A stretch of 58,131 nt of DNA, filler included, from Circinaria calcarea (Eukaryota): the NCBI GenBank assembly GCA_051942165.1. It is 2 parts of 2 records of this genome, joined end to end, with 100 filler letters (N's around TTAATTAATTAA, not from the genome) between each part and the next. Parts side by side here need not be neighbours in the genome. Positions count along the whole stretch, not along the records: positions 29,121 to 58,131 come from JAVECS010000049.1; 1 more part is not named here. One strand, given 5' to 3'. The notes beneath the pieces were generated by a model that saw only the letters and a program-made list of their open reading frames with translations, did no database searches and was not told the DNA's origin. Positions within the stretch are counted from its first letter, which is position 1, and each line of letters begins with the position of its first letter. Position numbers and translations under genes: made by a program. Positions 49,509 to 58,131 of the stretch are shown in pieces.

Positions 49509-50647
49509 TCAGCTCGTATAAGAACCATGAGGGCCGATGGCTGGGAATGGCGCATTCCCATTCATTGTCGAGTTGTAATTTCTCGTTTGTTTATTCCGGC
49601 CCCTCCTTGCCTTGCATCCACTTATTAGCCCGAAGTAGTGTCTATGGCTGTTTGCCTTGAACCAATGCGTGCCGCTGTTACCATGCGAATTGTAGTAACC
49701 GGTAAGAATGTGGATATCAGCTGCTGCAGCGTGATCGGGGTTGTTGCGAAGCCAGTACTCAGGTGACGTGTGCCTATATCCAGTGAAGTAAGGGGGCATA
49801 CGAGGGATTGGATCGTCAACGGCAGTTACCCGGTATGAATACTTCGACTGGGTGCTGAGATAGCTGGCCAGATGAGTATTACCAACACGAGGAGATCCGA
49901 AGGTGTACTGTCAACAAATTTAAGTTTAGTGAATATAGGCGGGAATATGAAAATTGAGAATTCTCAACAGACTAGGAGACTCACAAGCTCAGTAATATCA
50001 AGAAGGTGACTGTCTATTCTTCGGATGTCGCCGGCAGCCAGGGTAGCAATTGCTGCTCCCAGAGAATGTCCCGTTATGACCAGACGGAAATCAGGGTGTA
50101 CGGTAACCGCTGCCTTCACTTTGGCCATAATCATGTTTTTGGCCTCCATCCAGGCCTCCCAAAATCCAAGATGCACACTACATTTTTTGCACCATCCCGT
50201 TGGCGTTCTGATGAACTTAAGATCCGTGAGCTTGTTAACTCTAGAGGAGGTCCCTCTGAACGACAACACTATGATCCTGTTAATATTGTCAATAGCCAAG
50301 AAACCGGTATCATCCGTTATACGGGTGTTCCGGAACTCCTCCATGGTTGTGGCATTGGCAGCCTCAACGTGTGGGCAATTTCCAGCGGGGCAAGTGATCT
50401 GATTTCCGGGTGAGTCATTGTTACCAGGGCAGTATGCTGCAGCGGCATACTCGGCCATCAGCCGGAACCGTTGGAGGAGGTCTTCTGAAATGCCAATATA
50501 CTCTCGGTTAGACGGGCTGTCTTTGCTGGAAAAGGTCCGGTGTGAGTCATGGCCTTTGTCCTTTTCTGCATGGGGTAAGGTAGCGGAGATTACCGCAGTC
50601 GCAAGTCCCAGGAGGCAAACAAGAAAATTAAGCACCGAGAAGGACAT
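49509..50647 (-). CDS. Secreted class-3 lipase (fungal triacylglycerol lipase/feruloyl-esterase-like); intron 49908-49984
   Basis: A hydrophobic signal peptide, then AAAAYC, FRGT, VHLGF, the nucleophile elbow GHSLG, YTFGSPRVGN, DPIPR and HRHYF. Confidence 0.93.
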
Positions 50648-51907
50648 GCTGAATCTGGGTATTGGCCTTTGGAAGTGGGTATGTGCTTTAACGTGATAGA
50701 TGTCTTAGTATAGGAGTGGGATTAGCAATGAGAGGCGCTATCGCAGGACGAGGGCTGAATGAAATGTAGTGGAGTTGTGATAGGCTACTTAAAGATTTAG
50801 GTCTAGAAATTAGAAGATCTGAGAGGCGTTAATGAATGCTGTAATGCAATAGAGTAATAGCAACAAGTTTGTAGGCGAGGTTTATATATTTCAATCTTAA
50901 AGAAGCTGCATCATGACACTAAGACGGATTGGACCTGGGTAGATCAAAGCTTTGGTAAGCTTATAGAGACCAATAGCCTCAGGAAGAGGTTGAGAAACCA
51001 TAACATACGAGAGCCATTGGTTGAAAAGAACCTCGACCTCGAAAGAGCCTCACCACCAAGTTTAAAAGAACGTATGGCTGGATAGATCCAGTCATGACAG
51101 CACTTCAGGAGCTCAGAAATTCAAATAGCTCAGCAAAACCAGAAGTGCATAAAGCTTATAGAAGATAACCTTTGACCCCACAAGAGATCCACTGTCAGAG
51201 CCAGGTGAAAGCGACGCTCGGATGCATGCAAGTCACACACATGTAGCTTAAGGAAACTCCCAAGTATATGGAATGCAAGGCTCCTTCCCTTCGATATTCC
51301 GTGGGCTAGGCCATTCTGCGGCACTTTGTCGTAAAACACAAGCTCCCTGAGAGAAAGTGAAGCAGTGATGGTATGAGCAACCACGATTGATGCTGTGCGT
51401 AGTGACCAGCGTGGAATATAGATCTTCCGAGACCCTCTACCACGGAAATGGTTGAGAGCAATGTTCCTCTGCGACTTTGATGACTGTCTTCCCCATTTAT
51501 TCTAAGAGTTAAACGGTTTGAATTTCTTTCCAACATTGTGGGGCGGTTTCCTTTCCCAGAGGGGAAAGAGCAATATTTTCGTAGTATTAGAGGAGGGGTT
51601 CCCCGGAAGAAAATAGAAACCATTCCACTCTAAATTTTCGGTAGTAGAATAGTAGCTGTGATATCGCTGAATTCCCACGAACTCTTTCTCAACATGGAGC
51701 TAGACTGGGCAGTGCTAATTCAACACATGTTTTCTTCTAACTTAGGTATAACCAAATGTCGTTTGTCATATATATCTTCCAATAAGGGAGATGTGCCGAA
51801 AGCCCACTGTCAGGTACACCTCATCAAAATGGGCGCAGGAACGAAATGGCCAGCCTTCCGCTCTTCCCCAATCTTGTCGGCCTCCCCGCCCTATCCTTTC
51901 CCCACCA

Positions 51908-52567
51908 ATGACAAACCCTCATCTCCCAACACCTCGCGCCTTTATTACATCTCTTTTCAAGCAGCTCAAAGCCCAAAGCCATATCCCAACCAACCATTCA
52001 TCTTCTAGTTCCTTCATCAGCTCTGGGCCAGCACTCAGGAATCTTTTCCTAACCCTCCACTGCCTCTTCCCGAATGAGTTACTCCCCGCGCTCGATCTAT
52101 TGGACCGTTCACTTGTGACACGCCTTTTGATCGAACCTGCTCGTCATGCAGGCATGAGCAATGATCCAGGCGGGGAGATCGAACGAGATAGCCCAGTCTA
52201 CTATGTGCGCTCCGCCCAAACTACACGCTCATCTCGGTACCAATCTGCCGCTGCTGTTGGCGGGTTGAGCTACGAAGTCAGACCAGGGGCATGGAACTGT
52301 AGCTGCCCAGCATTCACATTCTCAGCTCTGAACGGAGTTGGCACGGAAAAGGACGAAGGCATGGGAAGTGTGGATGGTGAGGCTCCAAAGACAGAAGGGG
52401 AGTGGAAATTCGGGGGATTACTGCTTGGGGAGGACGGAATTCCAATCTGCAAGCACTTGCTATCTTGCGTCCTCATCGAAAATTGTGGGCTCTTCGCGGC
52501 TTGTGGAGATGAAAAGGCCGTGACGCGAGAAGATTTTGCAGGCTGGGCTGCAGGCTGGGGTGGATAA
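51908..52567 (+). CDS. SWIM zinc-finger protein, Sws1/ZSWIM7-like (Shu complex)
   Basis: Small protein with LTLHCLFP...ALDLLD and the SWIM motif WNCSCPAF...CKHLL. The orthology is an inference. Confidence 0.75.
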   Translation: MTNPHLPTPRAFITSLFKQLKAQSHIPTNHSSSSSFISSGPALRNLFLTLHCLFPNELLPALDLLDRSLVTRLLIEPARHAGMSNDPGGEIERDSPVYYVRSAQTTRSSRYQSAAAVGGLSYEVRPGAWNCSCPAFTFSALNGVGTEKDEGMGSVDGEAPKTEGEWKFGGLLLGEDGIPICKHLLSCVLIENCGLFAACGDEKAVTREDFAGWAAGWGG

Positions 52568-53076
52568 AGAGAAGGACGAATTGCGGGATATGTCTTCCGT
52601 TCCAACTTGCAATAGGGGTACTCCAAGCGATCCATACTTGACCGGATGGGATTGACCGAAGGTGTCAGTATTGCCATCGGTGGTGTGAACCACGGGACCT
52701 TGTGACTAACACTGGCCTCCTAGTGAGTTAGGCTACGGATGTCCTTCAAAGTGGGAGGAATATGGGGTTGGTATTTTGACATCCATCAATGGACGATGGC
52801 CTGAATTCTGACCTTTCACCATGACTGCCCTCGTCTGTTCTCTGCATAATCAAGTAGACGATCCTTCCAAATCTTCTTACTGAATAGAGTTGAAATATGG
52901 GTCTTTGAAAAGGGACTTTGTTCTGACCATCTTCGCATTAGTTTAAACTTGCAACACGCTTTCCTTACCGCCGTCAAACTCTTGGGCTGGTTAGGCATAA
53001 GTGGATAAACCGGCCTATCAATGTGTTCCACCATGCTTTTATACACGATCTCAAGACCCGCACCAACCTCCATTTA

Positions 53077-54267
53077 TTACCGCTTCTTACCGCCGTCTTT
53101 GGCCTTATCCACCCCATTCACTTCGTTGTCTTTCCCATCCTTAGCCTCTCCATTGACGACGCCGTTCGTCTTTTTGCCATCCTTGTCTTCTTTTGCCTCG
53201 TCCTTCTTTGCATCCTTTTCTTCTTGTGCCTGCCTATTTTGAATCTTATTTTCTATAAGATCATGGAAGGCCGTTATCGCACGTATGAGACTGCTCAAGT
53301 ATATCGTCATGAGCTGGTCATTTATTTTTACGCTCATCGCTCGTGCTAACTCGCTGTTCTCGGTCTGAGGTTTGTCGGAGCCATTAATCTTGGGAGTAGT
53401 ATTTGGCGTCGAGAGATTTGGCAATAAGTTGAAAACGTCCTGCAAGTTGCCCATGATTGCATGATTCACAGGTAACTCGCCATCCAAAACCTTCTGTAAA
53501 TACTGACCAATATCTCGCAATCGTAGATGTAAGCCTTGTAACGACTGTAGTTGCGAGGTTATCCGGGTTGAGAGTGTCCCAACAGCAACATCACGGATGT
53601 CTCTTAGTAGATGCTCAACTCCGATTTCTTCGGCTTCCTCTGCTTCGATTATTGAAGGTGTATGTACGAAAGTCTTGGTGGTTGTGGTGCCGTCCTGTAT
53701 GAATAGGTTAGGGTTCATGTTGAGAGACCGCTATAGATGTGGAGCACGTACGTCTTTTATCTCCTCCACCGCGAAGTAGGCATCAGTCGGTACCCCTACT
53801 TCCTTCGGCTGTACATCTATGATGACTAGCAAAGGGTTCGGGGTGTATCTCTTGAAAAGCTCATTTATTTCCAAGTCCGACGCCCGCAGCTTTGGTCCTG
53901 AGTGATACCACCCTATCAGCTTCTCTCGAGCGTTGACCTTCTTGAACATGTCGTTCATTGACTCGACATAGTTGTGATCCAAGAACCACACCGATGGGTC
54001 CTTGTCGTCCTCCTCAAATGGCACTGTCGCCCCCGCTTCGTTAGTCCAAGGTCACGACACACTTGTTGATCAACTACACACACCCGCAAAGCTGTTCGAT
54101 ACCCGCACGTTCTTGCCATCGTTCTGTCCAAGTAAGACCCCTACTACGCGCTTCCGAGTTCCCTTTGCCGATCGTCCGTAATGATCAGCCGCAGACAAGA
54201 GGACGAGGGGGGCGACGGAGACGTTCCGCGTGACCAACGATAGCGTCTCTGCTGTAGTTGCAGGCAT
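53077..54267 (-). CDS. RPN8: 26S proteasome lid subunit Rpn8, 3 exons
   Basis: MPN domain VAPLVLLS...RVVGVLLG...[23 protein letters not shown] and [14 protein letters not shown]. Confidence 0.98.
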
Positions 54268-54784
54268 TGTGATGGAGATGAGCTGAGGGTTGTTGAATAG
54301 GGAGTTGGTTCCTCGGCTGCGTTGCTGCTCGAGTTTCAGGTGCCAGCCCTGGGCAATGGTCTGTTCAATGTCGAAGTGACTTTATAACGTGTGTAATTCG
54401 GCGGTCAGAATATCAATCTAACGCCTGTCTCTTGAATCTACACAGGATGAGTGTTGTCCAAGTTTGTGAATGATGCAGAAAAGCAACGTGATACTCCGTA
54501 CTTTGGGTAGAGGTTGATCTCTGATTCGCGCTTTTGATTGGGTGAGATGGGGAGACCAGGAGCTTCAACCGTTTGGCCGGACGAACCCTCAAAGAAGGGC
54601 ATCTCGGAAAAAAGGATCCGTAGCGCCGATTTCTCCAACCTCAATCCAAAATCCCCATCCCCCCGGCTTCTCAGGTGCTCCAAGAGCAGCAACAGCAGCA
54701 ACGTCCGCTCCTCTTCTCTTGGTCCTGTCATTGGAAGCATTGGATAGGATCGGCACGTGATCCCCGGGTTTTCTTTACGGTACA

Positions 54785-55788
<1,004 letters not shown>

Positions 55789-57371
55789 GCTTCACTTCGA
55801 AATTCCTCGACATCTGGCAGCTGAGGTAAAGGTGCCGCTCGATATCGCGACTGATCTTACTTTTCCGAAAGCGACATCTCAATGAGCAGATGATGCATGT
55901 GCGAAAAGTTCCTGGTCATGCCATTTGCAGGTGAGCTCTCAACTTGTATATACTCTAGTTCGTTACGTGTACTATGTACAATACGAGGATCGTAAGGGCT
56001 ATGTGTTATTAGGTAAATCTATTATGGAGCCTCCAGGTTGAAAAGATTAATGTGGATTACCGCAATCGTCTGCTTTAACGCCCCTATACGTCTATAAGTT
56101 GGGACGAGACTTGGTAGCTGACCGTCTCATTGTGCTCCGTCTGTTTGCGCTCCAAGCAATGTTCATTGGTTCAGAAGACTTGTAAATATCTACTTTAAAG
56201 CTACTTCGCGTGTTGCTTCCGTCCTATATGGATATTTTCATCCCTAGCGGATTTCTGGCGCGCTTCAGATTCAAAGATGTGGACATGGGCCGTGATTGCC
56301 GTTCATCATACTAGAAATTCGGCTCGTGTTAGCATTTGCTCAATTTAAGCATCCTATCCTGATTGATGGTTTGCACGTCCAATGTATCGAGGTCTTGCTT
56401 ATCCTCCAGAACTACGCAATTTTTTCATATGCTCCTGTACATTCGCACGTGCTATCATCCGTGCAGTGGCCCAAGAGTGGGATCATATCTTTCCTTTTCA
56501 TACCAACTATTGCGTGAAGGCCTAAAACCCCTTTCCAAAACTCCTGTTCCTAGTTCCCGCAAAGCCTGCCTCCCTAATCCTCGATTTTCACCATTCTTTC
56601 AACCACCCAGCTTACGTCCTCTGCCTCTCTTTCAGGTGGGCCAAGGCCTTATCTCTTGCACGGAATATCATCCTCGCCCTTCCTCTACGCAAACCTTCAC
56701 CTATTGCCGAGCCGATCATCCCTCAAAAAGCTGCCCCGGAGCAATACAGTCCTAGCGCTCCTCATGTTCACCTAAGGCTGCGTCGTACATAGGTCCAAGA
56801 AGTGGGTCGGCATGGGAGATCCTATTGTGGATATCCTGCGCCGGGTTTGTCAGGGCGCGCAGCGGAGTAACGGCACGATGATTTCGACCGCCATTGGAAG
56901 CCCCTATTGTTACCGTCGGTTCAATCCATTTGAAAAGGGCCCGACTCAGGACCGCATCGCTGCTGCTACCGTGTGGTCGGGTCGCTTCAATAGGCCGGAA
57001 TGGGTATTTACAGGACACGACTGTATCCGCCGAGGATGATGACTGCCCTTACAGAATACGTTGGCTCCCATACTATCAAGAGGGTTTAATTCGTTTAGAA
57101 AACATTTCACTTTACTATTCCAAGTCGATACCTTACGTGGTATGCCTATTAGGGAATGAAAAGGTTATAGATCGTAATCAGACATAACCTATGCTCTCCT
57201 ATATCACACATCGAGTATACGTATAGCGTTATCTCGGCTATCGGAGTAGAGTAGTGTCCATAGACTATTGGCCGTATCGAAAACTCCTCGCATCCCAACG
57301 TATTAATAAAGTATGCAAACAGAGTGATCACATATAGTATTCCCCGAATGCTTCTTTAACAAGGTAGATAC

Positions 57372-58127
57372 TCAGAGCCGAATAGGCTGATCCCACATCA
57401 GCTTGTACATCAGATCGGTGAAGCTACCGTCTGATCTCATAAGTTGCGCATTTGGACTGACGAAACTGTCGGCAACCTCTCGCATGCATCCAAAAAATGC
57501 ATATTCGAATATCCAATCGGTGTCGTCCATCCAATTCACCAGATGTGCCGTGAACCCGCGAACATTGTCATCATCCCGAGCAATTGAGGCGATCTCAGTG
57601 ACAATGACCGGATATGGGTGCTTTTGATGCATGTGTTCCAAAAATCGGATAGCGGCTTTTCCATCAGTACCGTAGTAGTGTAATCCAAGGTAGTCAGGAG
57701 CCTCATTCGCGACGCGTCCCAAGAAATCTGCAATCCAGGCCTGACCCGCATCATCGTTCGCACATGACGGACTGACGAGCTTCTTTCCTTTCTGCTGCCG
57801 GAGCGGCACCATTTGTTTGATCCAGACATCCGCTGCACGTTCGGGAGAGATGTTGGCGCGCTCGGGCTCATTGAAGAAGTGGATTATAGACTGATCGGTG
57901 TTTTGAACCATATCCCATTCCCATCCGGAAAGCTGGCCTTCGAGACGGACCATTGGGCGGAATGGAGCGCGCCCTTTGAGTTCGGGGGGCGTCCAGGTAT
58001 TCCAATTGCTCACGGAAGATATGGGGCCATCAAAGTTGACATTATCCATGGCCCATGGAACGCCGGCATGGCCTTCGCCATCGGTGTTGGTCCAATCCCA
58101 GAGGAGACAGCGTTTCTTGACAGGCAT
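57372..58127 (-). CDS. Glycoside hydrolase family 128 (Asl1-like beta-1,3-glucanase)
   Basis: The catalytic motifs FNEP and VTE, plus SNWNTW, LHYY and YAFFG. The ATG lies 4 nt from the window edge, so an upstream exon cannot be excluded. Confidence 0.85.
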   Translation of the reverse strand: MPVKKRCLLWDWTNTDGEGHAGVPWAMDNVNFDGPISSVSNWNTWTPPELKGRAPFRPMVRLEGQLSGWEWDMVQNTDQSIIHFFNEPERANISPERAADVWIKQMVPLRQQKGKKLVSPSCANDDAGQAWIADFLGRVANEAPDYLGLHYYGTDGKAAIRFLEHMHQKHPYPVIVTEIASIARDDDNVRGFTAHLVNWMDDTDWIFEYAFFGCMREVADSFVSPNAQLMRSDGSFTDLMYKLMWDQPIRL

Positions 58128-58131
58128 TTTT

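Overview
This window is gene-dense, intron-containing genomic DNA from a filamentous ascomycete (Pezizomycotina). EF-1alpha and the intron signals (GTRNGT...CTRAY...YAG) indicate this; a finer taxonomic placement cannot be made from the sequence alone. I can support about 23 protein-coding genes. Most are housekeeping: an Ark1/Prk1 kinase, MED10, a complex I NDUFS5-like subunit, GST, SEC39, TEF1, EFR3, PEX16, RNH201, MIF2/CENP-C, a Myb factor, tubulin cofactor B, TRM9, a Sws1-like SWIM protein, RPN8 and ADK1. Accessory-looking genes are a multi-TM GT2, an orphan EasG-like reductase, a MYND protein, a divergent USP, a secreted class-3 lipase and a GH128. An assembly gap with an artificial linker at 29021-29120 is flanked by satellite and foldback DNA. 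The best unexplained signals are three. (1) A 218-nt intron of the NDUFS5-like gene is packed with nested hairpins, a repeated AUUGGACUC motif and a segment that can alternatively pair with the 5' splice site, making it a candidate structured splicing-control RNA or intronic ncRNA. (2) A complete 494-bp non-autonomous Mutator-like element with a perfect 9-bp TSD sits in the easG-like promoter. (3) The Myb gene has a candidate CUG start behind a uORF-rich leader. All family calls come from motif recognition by eye, with no database search, and intron coordinates were read manually.
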